Shown here: in pieces, positions 26,033-39,319 of the stretch
Position numbering within the stretch: position 1 is the first letter of the stretch
How the letters are laid out: each line of letters opens with the position of its first letter
Assembly (NCBI GenBank): GCA_964016885.1
Contig: CAXHJY010000146.1
Span: 1-64,000, forward strand
Source: Eledone cirrhosa
Taxonomy: Eukaryota
Direction: 5' to 3'
Length of the DNA stretch: 64,000 bases
Made by a program: the position numbers and the translations under genes
The notes under the pieces: generated by a model
What the model was told of the DNA's origin: nothing
The model's database searches: none
The model's input: the letters and a program-made list of their open reading frames with translations, nothing else

Positions 26033-28024
26033 GGCAGCGATCCAGCCTCTGAAGACGGGCCCAAAGCCAGCCGCCCTCAGGACTGCCGCTAGGTAACGAT
26101 GGTCGACCCTATCGAAGGCTTTCGACTGATCTAAATTGATCAAAGACCCACCCGTGCCAGGTTCCCTAGCTACCCTCTCTACGATGTATCGCATGAGGTG
26201 GAGGTTGTCGTGGATGGATCTGTCGGGAATCTGCTCTGTAGTGAGAGTGAACGGTCACCTCTCGGAACCGTTCAACATCATGCGCTCGGTCCGCCAAGGA
26301 TGTCCCCTCTCGTCCCTATTGTACGTATTGACTCTCGAGCCATTACTGCACAAACTGGAGACGTTGAGGGGGGTCCCGCGCGAACTAGGATGCGGAAGAT
26401 CCGTGTCAGCATATGCCGACGATGTCACCGTAGTGGTGTCGAACGCCAAACACATCGAGGCGATCGGCACTACACTAAAAGAATACGAAGCGGTGACAGG
26501 AGCAATGATCAACCAGGAAAAGTCAGTGGGCCTGCAGCTCGGCACCTGGAGAGGCAGGTCCATGCCGTCCAACAGCGTCGTCGGGCGCTGGACGGACGGA
26601 CCGGTTAAATTGCTAGGGGTCTGGTTCGGTCCAGACCTCCAGACGGACAAAAACTGGGACGAGGTGACGAGCAGGGTGGCTTCTCTCACCCAGAAATGGG
26701 CCGAGAGGAAGCTATCCCTGAAAGGTCGAGCGGAGGTGGCGAATGCGTACATCGCATCCGTCATCTACTACCGCCTGACCGTCGTACCTTGTCCTAAGCC
26801 CCGCCTGACTGCGCTGGAGCGTTTGCTCTTTCGCTTCTTGTGGAAGGGACGCGCTCCGATGGTCAGGCGGTCCATCTGCTGTCAACACCCGCTACGTGGA
26901 GGGCTGGGCATGCCGTGGCTGATGATGCGCAGACACGCGCTCAGGCTACGACATCTCCACCTCTTCCTCGACGGTGATCAGGTGTAGTCGCCGTTTGCTG
27001 GACGCGTTTTTCCCCAGCTCGTCTCCTTGACGGAGCTGCAGTCCTGGGTCAAGCGAAGACCGAGAGGGAGCGCTTGGAGACTGGAATGTCTTCAGGCGCT
27101 CACAGCCCTCGACCAATCGGGCAATGTGATCGGTGGAAACTCCACCTTGGCGTTCTATAGGGGATTAGTGGAGGGGAAGAGCGACGACGTACTTGGAGAA
27201 ACTCTAGGCGTCGACGAAAATCAACTAGCCAATCTCTTCGGAAGGACTTTCGGGCCGGGGCTTATGGACAACTTCCAGAAATCCCTGGCCTGGCAGTGCT
27301 ACCGAGGAGCTTTGCCAGTTCGGGATAAATTCTACAGGCATGGAGGTGCCGTCAGCCGGGCATGTCCGAGATGCGCGCAGGGCGACGAAACCGTCCTGCA
27401 CGCACTCGTCCAGTGTCCGAGCATTGCTGACTTGTGGGTTTATGTCGAACACCTGCTGTCACGTGTAGGACGGATCCAGCTATCAGCTGAGTCCATCGTG
27501 AGGATTGCCCCGCCCCCTTCCTTTAGCCGGGAAGGGCAGGCAGTTTTTATCTGTCTGGTGGCCATGGCGAAAGAGATAGTATGGTGGACACGTTTGAAAG
27601 GGCTGAAGACGAGCACTTTCCTCTTCGGTGATGCCCTGATTAACTTTTTCAAATTTCATTTGAAAAGGAAAATCACGGTAGAGAGGGAAGTGCTCTCTTC
27701 CCAGCATTTTGTTGAAAGATGGGTGAGAGAAGCAAGTATGGCCCGAATGAATGGGCCTTCTCTGAGTATGTGTCTGTAAATTAAAGGTGGAAAACTGGGA
27801 GAGGGCACTTGCCCTGGTGGTCAGGGCCACTGTGGTCTTTTAATGGGCTTTCTCCACAAATGTCCCTCGGAAGTCTCCCCCCTATTGGGGAATTTTTTCT
27901 TTGTTATTTTATTTCAACCTCCGTTTTTTTTACACGCAGAAATGCCCATTTGTACCGTCCTGTATTGTCCTGTACTGTCCTTAATGTCTACTTTATGTAA
28001 ACCCTTGTGGTTAATAAAGAAAAC
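26033..28024 (+). mobile_element. L1/Tx1-clade LINE with 5' inversion, inserted in (ATT)n
   Basis: GC-rich. 26033..~26225 is inverted (RSIHDNLHLMR..LDQSKAFDRVDH..GFG..F.GWI). It continues on + with VRQGCPLS, YADD and LLGVWFG, one internal TAG at 26985, a CPRC-x7-H-x4-C knuckle and AATAAA before the tail. Confidence 0.9.
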
Positions 28025-28061
28025 ATTATTATTATTATTATTAATATTACTATTATTATTA

Positions 28062-28250
28062 TTATTGTTTCTACTTTTGGCACAAGGCCAGCAATTACGC
28101 AGTACATTACTGGTACTTTATTTTATCGACCCCGTAAGGATGAAAGGCAAAGTTAACCTCGGCGGGATTTGAACTCAGATCATAAAGAGACGTAACTATG
28201 CTGCAAAGCATGGCGTCCGACTCTCTACCGATACTGCCAATTCACTGCCA
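28062..28250 (-). mobile_element. tRNA-derived SINE (family B)
   Basis: A-box-like TGGCAGTATCGG and B-box GAGTTCAAATCC, central gcctttcatccttacggggtcgataaaataaagtacc, (AAT)n tail. Several copies in the window. Confidence 0.85.
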
Positions 28251-29149
28251 ATTTTTACTATTATTATTATCAGCTAATACTTATGCAATAATTTTTTTTT
28301 ATACAATAAGAATATAGAATAATCATCATCATCATTTAACCTCCAATTTCCCAGTTGAACTGGGGTTGTATGAGTAGTCACAGACAAAATCTGTACTTAA
28401 TCAATGTCGCTGATCTCTCATGTGGGCTAGGGGAGCACATCTTACATATGTTCTTGTGCTCTACAGAGTGTACGGAGTACATTTTATCATGGCACCAGCA
28501 CTAAGGATGATGTCAATGTCTTTGGCACAACTGAGGGGTCCTAATACCCCTTTAGTAAGTTTTCTCTGGCTGGATGCCCTGAGAATATTACTTCATCTGG
28601 CTTGCACTCACTATTTACATGTTTGTTCTTCCCAGAATTATTTTCCAGTTTCATGTAACAAAGGGTCGACTAGATTATTGGTTACCAGCCTGATGCCAGG
28701 GCATATTTCAAGAGGTTCACAGAAAAATTTGTAAATAGAGCTACAGGACTCCCAGCCTGTTGCCTCTTAAATTTTAGTCCTAATCAATTTTTATCTGTGT
28801 AGTAGTTGAATTACATTTTCCAATTTCATTTATAAAATTATTTCCATTTTTTTAATAGATATTACAGTAATTTGAAATTATCAATTTTTTAGTTAATATC
28901 AAATTAAGTTTAACATCAATTTATTACTAAATTATATATTTGTAACCACAGATATCAACTTTTTAGCATAAAGTTATATATAAATCCCAAACAATATAAC
29001 AAAGTCAATGTTTTATACGTTTACAAAAAGTACAAGGACAAAAAAACAACAAATTATTGGTGGCTGCAAAGAATAAGTGTGTGTGGAGGGTAGATTTAAG
29101 CAGAGAATTTGAAAATAACTGTTAGCGGAAGGGGAAAGGTAGGTCAGGT

Positions 29150-29450
29150 CACATTGTAAGCTGTAGGTCAGGTCTTCTTCAGCACTCCGTAGCGCCAGCC
29201 CTTGCGGTATTTATTCATTTCTGTTTAGCTTTCTATGGTCTTCCTACTCCACAGGTCGCAGCCACTGGGGTTTCTCTACATTTCTTTATACAGCTGCCAT
29301 CTTCCATGCACACCTCATAGCCATACCAATGCAGTCTTCTCTCTTGCACACTACAACCAATTCTTCTTATGCCAAGTTTCTCCCTCAATTTGCTTACGCT
29401 ATGTCGCTTATGCACACTAACATTGCACATCCATTGGAGTATACACAACT
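29150..29450 (-). mobile_element. RTE 3' fragment
   Basis: LQWMCNVSV..LREKLGIR..VQERRLHWYG..GRP. Confidence 0.75.
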
Positions 29451-29454
29451 AATT

Positions 29455-30230
29455 TCTTTCTAGCCACTGCTGTTCTTCAGAAGTTCCACGATGGCATGAT
29501 TGAGAAAATTTTGGATGACGGTGATAAGTCAGAAGCCTTTGCAGTGACGAACAGTTTGAAGCAAGTTTACAATCTCAACCCAACACTTGAGAGTATGATC
29601 ATTTTTGTATGCTGCATACCTTCCACGATTGCCAGGATAGTATACACATTTCATACATGACTGATGGTGAGCTATTTAACTTCCAGTGTCTGCAGGCTTT
29701 CACAAAGGCTTCTTATTCACTGATAAAAGTGAATCATTGTTAGCACAGCATAAAATACATCTTCTCACAAGCCTGTGACAAATTTGAACTCAAAATCAGC
29801 ACCAACAAAACCAAAGTTATGTACCTGCCTGCACCTGGAAAACCCTACTTTGAACCCCATGTCACAGTGCAGAGACAGAAGCTACAAAATGCAGATAGCT
29901 TCATCTATCTGGGAAGTACCATTTCACAAACAGCAAGCATAGATGCAGATGTTAGCAAAAGAATTGCTAAAGCCAGTGCTGCCTTTGCAAGGCTCTATGA
30001 GAATGTATGGGAGCAGAAACCAGACACATCGCAGCGGCTCTGAAGAAGTGCTCTGCATGCAAGGCACAGACCACATCCTCTTCCACTTAACCACATGTAC
30101 CCCACATGTGGGCATGGTTTCCAGGTACAGATGGGCCACACCAGTCACCTGTAAGCCACTGCCTAAGATCCTCCAACTAACATTGAAGTCAGGGTCGTCT
30201 TCGACTCTGAAGGATAAGCAAGAACAACAG
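29455..30230 (+). mobile_element. Degraded RTE/BovB-like LINE fragment (second RTE family)
   Basis: FHDGM..ILDDG, TDGELFN, KISTNKTKVMYLPAPGKPY and FIYLGSTIS..IDADVSKRIAKASAAFARL. Confidence 0.75.
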
Positions 30231-31551
30231 ATATACGCTACATATACTCTATATGTAGGGTAGTTGTTGAGGCTGAGGGGAATGTTTAACTGTGTACCAA
30301 CCATCTCTGAGAGCTTGAATCTAACAATGTGGCTTCAGACAATTAGGAAACTCTAATATGAAACTGATAACAGCAATGATTCACCAAACCCATGTGAAAA
30401 GTTGAACTCAGCATTGCCAGTTAATAAACAGCTAGTCAGTTTTTTCAATGCCGTTGATCTTGCTTTGTAGCATATGTTTACAATTGATATAATGGGGGTC
30501 TGAGTTGAGAGTTAAAATCCAACCTCTGAGCTGGTTGTCTAGCATCCTAGCTATTTGATTCCATTCTCTTTCCCTCACACAATTGTCGAGACAACATGTA
30601 TATTACAGTAATATTCAATGAATTTTGTAGATATGCAAAAAAAAAAAAAAATGTTGATTAAGTGTGTGGTTTGTGTGATAACAAAACTTTATGTGCAAGT
30701 GCCTGCCTTGTAAAAGGGAGGCAATTCTGTTATTTTCTTTACAATGCCAAGTCTTATAAAAAGAAAAGATATTTATATTGCACATATGTATGTGTGCATA
30801 CACACGTGTGTATACACATGTGCTACACAATATTTGTGCAATTTTGGTCATATTAATTTGATAGAGATTTACATTATTCTAAATTCAAATTTAGTTCATA
30901 TTCAGCTTTGCATTCAAATCTTTGTGTTAGCATAAGTTTTGCTCATTTGGGCATTAGCATTTTGTTGATGTGGTAGTTTGCAGAAGAGGATGCTCTACTG
31001 CCTGTTGCTCACTACTAAACAACAGCAATCAAGGTAAGATTTGAGCAAAATAAAAAATAAAAAAACAGATGAGCTGACATAAACAACATACAGCTGTTAG
31101 TTTGTGTGTGCTTTCTATTCAGATATTCATTCTGGTTTTGCAGTAATTTTTAGGCATAATATACTCAGATTAGAACATGCTTGAAAGGTAGTATTGTAAA
31201 GCCTGAAATTCTACCACGTTAATATATATTAGCTCACCTATTATTTATTTTGCTCAAAGTCTCTCATCAACTAAAAGATAATAAATTTAGAGCTGAAACA
31301 GCTGCTGTGGCAAACTGGCATAGTCATTAGAACATCACACACAATGGACTGTGGTATTCATTCTGGCTTTCTGAGTTCTAATCCTGCCATGGTCAACTTT
31401 GACCTTTCAACCTTTCAAAGTTGACCAAAAGTTATGGATCCATACATACTGCTGCTGTAAACTTAAAAAAGACTGTGGAAATAAATTCAACTGATAAAGT
31501 TGTAAGAATTAAAACAACAGCAAACTTTCAGAGTGGTCACTAACTACTTAC

Positions 31552-31967
31552 CTGTGGATTCAAAGCATTTCTTAGTTCAGTGTGAGTGTTCAGCCATATC
31601 TGAGTGTAGCCCTTTGATTTTTTGACAACAATTTCTTTGTATCTAAAAGCACACTCACTTTGGCGCACACTGAGACGGCGTTCAATTTGAGTTTGACATT
31701 CTTCATCACTACTGTCTGTCTCTTCTTTTCGTTTATGCTTCTTGTTTAAGTGAGGCTGTGGAGGAACTTTTGACATAAGTAAACGGTATGTGTTGGTGGA
31801 TGGGCTGGTAGGAATCATTGGCAACATCTGGAATGCAGGCACATCTCCATACAAGGTATCCATTGACATGGTCGCTGGATTCATGGATGAGGTGCGTTTG
31901 ATCTGACTGACATCTGCAGTATATGCAGTCACTGCAGAGACGGGTTTGTTTGTAATTCCGGAAATTA
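31552..31967 (-). CDS. CDYL: CDYL-like gene, hinge to start of crotonase domain (VISG...ERRLSVRQSECAFRYKEIVVKKSKGYTQIWLNTHTELRNALNPQ)
   Basis: cag acceptor at 31968-70, gtaag donor at 31551, 416 bp, phase 1/0. SVRQ.E.A.RY..IVV is characteristic of the CDYL family. Confidence 0.93.
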
Positions 31968-33534
31968 CTGCAATAAAATTCAAATTAAAAAATAAATACA
32001 TTATTTCCAATGGTTTTATTTTAATTTATTTTTTTCAACACAAGAAACATATGAACAGAAATAGATGAATTCAATTTCTGAATGAAATTTCCACACCCAT
32101 TTTATGAATCAATCCTTTTCCTCCTAAAATATATATCACAAAAGCCACAAGCTAATGAAGAACCCTGTACATGGGAGCTTGACTTGCTAAAAATAGCAAC
32201 TAATCTCTTAACCCTTTTATTATCATATTTCTAATAAAATATACAGTTATGGTTTAAATGCTTAAGTCATGAACATAACTTTCAATAAACAATCACTTGA
32301 AAAAGAACATTTTATCCAACAAATTTCAATTAAATTATATTTGCAATAAAAGGGGGGGGGGGGGGGCATTATAAAAAAGAAAGTATGGGAAAGGGGTGAG
32401 CAACAGAATGTACTGAGTGTATTTATCAGGTAAATCACCAACACTAGGAAGGTTGTCAAATCTTTGACAGAACTAAAGTCTTCTAGACCATTGAAAGACA
32501 TTAACAATTACCTAATCTACAAAGAGATGTAGAATCTATTAAATCATCTATTTGAGCATATTTTGTTGAGCAAAGCATAAACACTTTCCAAGTTGGATGA
32601 AAATTAGCAAAATTCAAATTTCAAACAAGTACAATATGGGAAGTTCACAGAATATTTTAAAATCATCTATTTCTATGTTTTTGCATATAAAAAGATAAAT
32701 TTTACACTTTGAAAGTTGGACGAAAATGATAAAAATTTCTAATTTCTAACAAGTATGAAATTACACACTTTATGTCAAACTGGCATCTATTCTAAAAAGC
32801 ATGTTTGTGTTCGTGCATGTAATATTAGGTGTGGCTGCCCCTAGAAAACAGAAAACTCAATATTATGTGTAGAGTCTGTATATACACACACACATATATA
32901 TGTGAATATATATTTTAGGGGTTGAGATGTAGTCTATCAAATCAACTTACTGGGACTTCTTTTCTTAATCTCAGTAATATCTGAATTCAAAATGTAGCAT
33001 TTGGCATACCACTCAACTTCCCTGACATAATTAAGCAATTTGATATGGGGTGATTTTTATAACAGACGAAAATCAATTAAATCAAAACCAGTATATTATG
33101 AATTTTTTATCACTTTGTAGGAAAAGAGTCTGAATTAAGAATGTTTAAATGTAGGGCATTCGGTTTAACATTTGAGAAAATTGAATATTAGCAAATTTAA
33201 TTAGCAATTTTTAAATAGAAATGCTGACAGTAGTAGATGTTATTCTTTTTCATACCAACTTAATTGAGACTAGTTCTATAACACAAAACTGCCTGTTTTA
33301 AAGTGTTTATAAATCCAAACCTTCCATCATCATTTATGTTAAAACCTTTTATTTACTATGTTCCAAACATCATCTTTATAATGATTGATAAAGTTATTTT
33401 AATAAATACCTCTAAATTCTTTGTATTCAAAACTAATCAAAAAACTTAAACAATATATTAAAATGAAAAATATTGTCATAAAAGAGTTAAGACTACAAAA
33501 CAGTTGATCCTCCAAGAGCAAAAAGAAATTTTAA

Positions 33535-33740
33535 CCCTTTAGCATTTAAACCAGCCATATCCAGTCAGAATTCTCTCACCTCTTGATGTTCAAACTGGCC
33601 GTAAATGGCCACTGATACTTATATTAAGGTATTGTTCTCAAAATAAATATCACAATCTCATAAGATTCAATATTATGTGAGATAAAGTGTTTACCATGTA
33701 AATATAATAGTATATATAGAGTAATGTAAATGCTAAAGGG
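33535..33740. mobile_element. piggyBac-like MITE (family A)
   Basis: TTAA at 33531-34 and 33741-44, with perfect TIRs ccctttagcattta / taaatgctaaaggg. Lies 55 bp from the exon donor. Confidence 0.82.
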
Positions 33741-33795
33741 TTAAAGTAAACACAAATCCCTTCATAACAAACTGAAGCAAAAATATAAATCTTAC

Positions 33796-34348
33796 CTGGT
33801 TTGACTTCATTTTTCTTTACACTATCCAGCAATTTCATACGCTTCATCCCCCTTTTTTTTGTGGCACAAGGAGTTGATGTTTTGCTTGCTAAAATTGTCA
33901 ATGGCATTTTTGAGCTAGCATTTGTTTCACAGTTCTTACTAGCTGTCTTTGGTACTTTTTTCACAGTTTTAGGTTCAACCTTTCTTTTTGGTTTTGCTGG
34001 TTTTGAGACAAGTGAATACAGTAGGTCATCATCACTGTCACATTCTGAACAATCATCATTCAAACCATTTTCTTTCTGAACTGTCATACAAGTCCTGCTT
34101 TTGCTATCAGGAGAATCTGTTGCCTTAGACTTGATAGCATTTTTTAATATTTTACTGGCAGATGTATTTCGAAGTGATATTTTGCCATGTTTTCGTTCAT
34201 ATTTGCGCACTAAGACTTGACAAGATTTCAAGTTACTGACTGGTTCCCATGTATCTCCATTGTGGCCAAAGCCTTTCCACCGAATGAGATATTCTAAATG
34301 AAATTTGCCATTAATCCTCCGTGTCCTACGACCAATAATTTGCTTCAC
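33796..34348 (-). CDS. CDYL: CDYL-like gene, chromodomain exon (VKQIIGRR...EYLIRWKGFGHNGDTWEPVSNL...EVKP)
   Basis: Poly-T plus cag acceptor at 34349-51, gtaag donor at 33795, 553 bp, phase 0/1. Chromodomain motif YL.RWKG....DTWEP..NL. Confidence 0.93.
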
Positions 34349-34672
34349 CTGAAATTTAAAAAAAAAAAAAAAAATTGATAAACAATATATCAAATCAGAC
34401 AAAAACAGTTCAAATTCAGAAAAGCTGCTTAATTTTTTGATAGGAAAATCAAAATAATGATGTAAAAATGCATAGACACACATACACTAATGTAAACATG
34501 CTATCTTAAAGGTGGCATATTTGGTTGGTACTAACATTGTTTTGCATATGGTGATTATTTAGTGTATTTTCTTCTGTGTGTTTAACCATTTCTTCTGTCC
34601 ACAAAAAAGGAGGAAAGGGACATTTGTTTACAACTGTCACAATACAGTAACAGCATGTGCGTATATGCGCAC

Positions 34673-34718
<46 letters not shown>

Positions 34719-35256
34719 CAAAATATATAAATAATATGATTGATTACCCTTCCAAAAATCTAAAATTAGCAACCAAATCTCACACTAACATCTTAAATGA
34801 AGGGTCACTCCATCTTTCATAAATAGATAGATACATATAAGCACATTAATATACACATGCTTGCTGATGGGGAAAGAAATATGAAGCCAGTGTTTGGGCT
34901 ATGGAGGCATTCTGAAAGAGAAGAGAAGTGACGAGATGATGAAAATTGTGGTAATGCTTCAGCAGTAGTGCTGGAATAAATACATGCCATATACGAAATG
35001 TACAAAAATGAAATAATCACATGATCCACATGACAAGTGCAATGTGTTCGAACATGGAAGGGCCGAACTCCCACCATCATCGCACCCATCTCTCTCGTCC
35101 TCCCCAGCTCTCTGTATGGTGAGGAAATGGGGTCCCACGTGCTGGCTGCCCCACAAAAGGCGTTTCCCCGGAGGATGGTTAGGGAGATGCACTGGATGTG
35201 ACAACTAACAGCTTATCATGGGGATGTGTGGTGTGAGGCAGAGGGGAGTATAAGGT

Positions 35257-35290
<34 letters not shown>

Positions 35291-36369
35291 GCTGAGATGC
35301 CTCACATTGTATGTGAGCAGCTACCCGCCAGTTATGTGCACAGTGAGTACGATAGAGGGTGATAAAAACATGCTATTTTCATTATGCTTTTGTGAATTTC
35401 TGAAATGCAAATAATTGAAGTCAAACGTGAATATTACATGGTGGCATTTGGATATGGATCAACATCATGATTTTTTAAAGTGTGCTTTTCTATACTGGCA
35501 ATAGCTATGTTGAGATTTTTTAGAGGAAGGTTTTCTACAGTTGAATGCCATTCTAGATGCCACTCACATTTAAGTGTTGTATATATCAATTAATTAACAA
35601 ACTATATTCTTATAATCACATCCTATGACACAGTGTGCCGGTTAGAGAATTCAATACTTCTATATTGCACTATAACATATTAGCTGAAGTTCAGATACAA
35701 TTAAAAAGAAAAATGTTGAAAGTATTTAAACCCTAGAAGGTGGGAAGATAACAAACATTAACACATTTCTTAACTTTAACAACTGTTAACATCTTGAATT
35801 CTTTCTATGCCCTCTTAGACTGATACTTTGCACTTGTCAACTCAGCTCTTAGCAAAGAATGTCTAGTTTTCTCCTTAATATTACTTCATTATGAATATCT
35901 TAGCTAAAAAAAAAAAAAGGTTTCCCGATTAAGCCAAAAACAGTGAAAAAATCCTTGGCTACAAATCATTTCAGGGGAGAGAACTCAGCTGTTTAAAATT
36001 TATCTTCTGAATGTTAACACCTGTTATATTTTACTTATTTGTCGTTTACTATGATATTTTGACAATGTAAACCTCTGTATTTTTTCTCGATTTTGATATC
36101 TTTTTTTTCTTAGCTTTTATTTTCTTGCTTAACACAGGGAATAAGGGAAGTTTGAAACTTTTTCATAAGTATTCTAGAGAACGTGAACTATTGTTTCAAA
36201 ATCTTAAAAGTTAATTTTATTACATCTAACCACAAAACAACAATTTTGTAAAATAAAAGGATAATTTAATGGGTTTTTTTTAAATATTCTGTTTTGGTTT
36301 AATTCTATATTAGTTAAATTAGTTAAGAAATGTAAATACATGGGAATTTGCTTTCTTAAATTAATTTAC

Positions 36370-36530
36370 CCCAAAGCAACTGATCTGGAACACCACATGT
36401 GACATGTCCTCCAGTGCCAACCTCATCACTTCAACCACGAACCCAGGCACCGCTGCCTATGACATAGAGAAGCGAAAGATAACTAAATTACTGAGCATTG
36501 AGTGGCCATTTGTTTTTGCACTAGAATGCC
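36370..36530 (+). mobile_element. CRE-like non-LTR endonuclease fragment
   Basis: LIWNTTC..S..NL...PGTAA..IEKRKITK..FALE resembles the CRE RLE tail L.WD.TC...AA..AE..K..KY. Confidence 0.45.
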
Positions 36531-37801
36531 TACTTAAAGTATATACATATGTATACATGCACACGGATTAACATATAGATGAATGAATAAATAAATAAAT
36601 GGAAGCGGAATTAATGAATTTTGTTGACTTCTAATCGCTAGTTCCAGATTCCTTTTTTGTACTGCCCTTGGAAGAGTTGGTCATATCAATGACCATGGAA
36701 CCACTGGTTAATATGCAAAAGTATGTCCAACTGTTAATGTTAAATGAATGCCAAATTGTTTCTCTATTTCCTCATTATGTGTTGGTTGCTTCTTTTGTCT
36801 TTCAATTTTGGGAGGCATTTTTTTTTTTTGAGGGGGGGGGGGGGTGAAGACACTGTGTATGTTTGGCAAATTTTTCCTAGGGCTGTGTGGTGTATACATT
36901 TGGATTGTGAGGTTAAGAAAGAGAGTGGTTCAACATTTTTGGGGGTGAGGTATTTTGAGAAAGTGGTAAATGCCTTCTGTTGTGCTAAAATTTAAAAGTG
37001 GATGTGGCAGCTGGTGATGTTGCTGTGGTTGTTTCTGTAGTAATTGTTGTGGTTAATTTGAATGATGTTTCAATGAGTTTTAGTCTGTTCTGTATCTGCT
37101 GCTCCAGCTGGTTATTGAACAGATGGACTCCTCTTTCGGCATCATGATTCAGACATGAAGTGTCTATGTTTTCAGTTTTGGAAAAAATATTTTTTGGTTG
37201 TTAAAAAAAAAAAAGTCAAACAGTAAATAAAACTTGACCACATGCTAGCTTGTTTCATATGAAATGCCTTTTTTTTAAAAAAAAAGGGCAACATATACCC
37301 GTCATGTTACCAACATTTTCTGGAAAAAAAATAAAAGAAAACAATGTTCCATTTAATGATAGCCAAGCTTTCATAAAAACTAAGACACCTTGGCATCTAA
37401 CTAACTCAAATTGATGCAAAAGATTTTTCGTGCATTTTACATCAAACTGAAGATATCCTTTGCAACAGATAGTGTAGTCCAAAATGGAACTAGCATTTTA
37501 TTATCTCATGAACAGTAACCAAATGCTTGTTTAGAAAGGGACACCTTTTGAGATACTTGTTCAAGGCATCACTTGTTGGGGCTATTTTCTGTACATTTCT
37601 GCTCTTGTGACAGAACAACTCAGATCAACATTGGCATCATCAGTACAAGATGTGTTGGATTACAACGCTAGCGTGGAAAATGGACGTTAAACGATGATGA
37701 TGAGACTAACTGCATCCAAACCTCTTTCACTCAGAATGATGTATGATATATAATATATGGAGTGAAATTTTGTCATTTGTCTTCAAACAGTGCTGCTTTC
37801 C

Positions 37802-38237
37802 TTAACTCTTTTGATACAAGACCACCTGAAACAGCCCCTGGCTCTACAATACAAAACTGTTTATTTTAAAGTGTTTACATTTATCTAAAAACCTTCCATC
37901 ATAATTGTATACAAACCTTTGTTAAGTTATGTTCCAAACAACAGCTTAATAATATGAAAGTTATATTACTAAATCCCTCCAAAATCTCGATTATTTTCAA
38001 AATTATTTAACCCTTTCAATACCAATCCACCTAAAATTGCCTTTCTTTATGAAACAAATCTGTGTTCATATATATATTGAAACCTTCCATCATAATTTTC
38101 TTAAGTAATACTTAGGTCATCAGTTTAATAATGGAAAAGTTATTTTATTAAATTCCTCCAAATTGTTGGTTATTTTCAAAATTAATTGAAACTTATAAGT
38201 AATGTATTCATTAGAAATGTGGTAATAAAAGAGCTAA
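37802..38237. mobile_element. Two adjacent copies of an AT-rich TTAA-bounded MITE (family B)
   Basis: ttaac(c/t)cttt..atacc...aaaccttccatcataatt...aaat.cctccaaa. Related copies near 20597, 32208, 33240, 48821, 49781 and 61287. Confidence 0.6.
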
Positions 38238-39319
38238 AAACCATTAAAAAATACTGTGACGAAAGGGTTAAACATCTGATGAACTACGCCATTTCATCCA
38301 GAGAAAGCATGAGAGGGTTAAAGTAATGTGTGTTTCTTCTAAACTGAAGACAATAATGTTTGAAGGAAATCATGTTGCTTTACTTTTCAGTTTTGAATAA
38401 ATTCCAGGTTTCTGCTTCTGGACTTGCAGTTGTGGTATTATGGAAATTACTTAGAAGTCCTATATCTTGGTTTATTCACAGATTCATGCATGCTGTTTCA
38501 CTTAATTTGTGTGATGTGGGGAAAAAAAAAAAAAGACATTAAATGTGTCTTACTCCATGGAAACTGTAAGACCCATACTCATAAATCTAAGTTGGTTTCA
38601 GCTCGTAGTCGTATTTTGTTTCCAAGTTAAAAATGCATTCAGCCTACCCCCTAAGGTAGTAGTGCTGGAGCCATAACATTCACCCAGCACAGGCTGTAAT
38701 GAGTTAGCATTAGGAAGGGCAACTTGCCACAGAAACCAAGCCAAAAACGGAGCATATGAGCATGATGTGGTAACCTGAGCTATTTAACCCAAGCACATGT
38801 GAAAATGAACATTAAATGGTGATGATGTTATTTACCACCCAATGTCGCTTCTCTCATTAGACTAGAATTTCAATTGGCACTATACTCTAGATATAATTTT
38901 ATGAAACAATTAACAGAAAAGATGCATAAATAAGAAACTAATATTAATGATTTGAGACAAAAAGAAATTGCTAGAAACTGTAAATGAGACTACCATCATC
39001 ACCAGCATCAGGACAAAAGGTGTAGACATCCTTGGCGGACATGGTCTACAATTTGAAGATTCATTTCACTTCACTTACATTTATTGCTAATGTCCATTTT
39101 ATGCCTGAAAATAGGTAAAAATCCAAACGCCGTGTATAAGCCAACACATGTTGAGATCGTATTGTTTTGAAATTCTCATACGTGTAAAATATATTTATGA
39201 AGTTTTAATATTTTGATATTTAAAATGTTTTATGTGTCCTTAAGAAATCTATTATGTAATGATTTTTTTAACGAATTTGTGACTATTTCATGTCAAAAGT
39301 AAAACTGCTGTAATAGTCA

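Noticed and set aside
28062-28250. tRNA gene (A and B boxes)
   Set aside because: No cloverleaf, and it is a multi-copy element with a tail and TSD, so it is a SINE head.
36700-37160. Possible extra CDYL exon or decayed Penelope fragment (Thr-rich frame, RNRETIW, TVGHTF)
   Set aside because: It has stops, homopolymer runs and no clean splice sites, and the PLE similarity is too weak to call.
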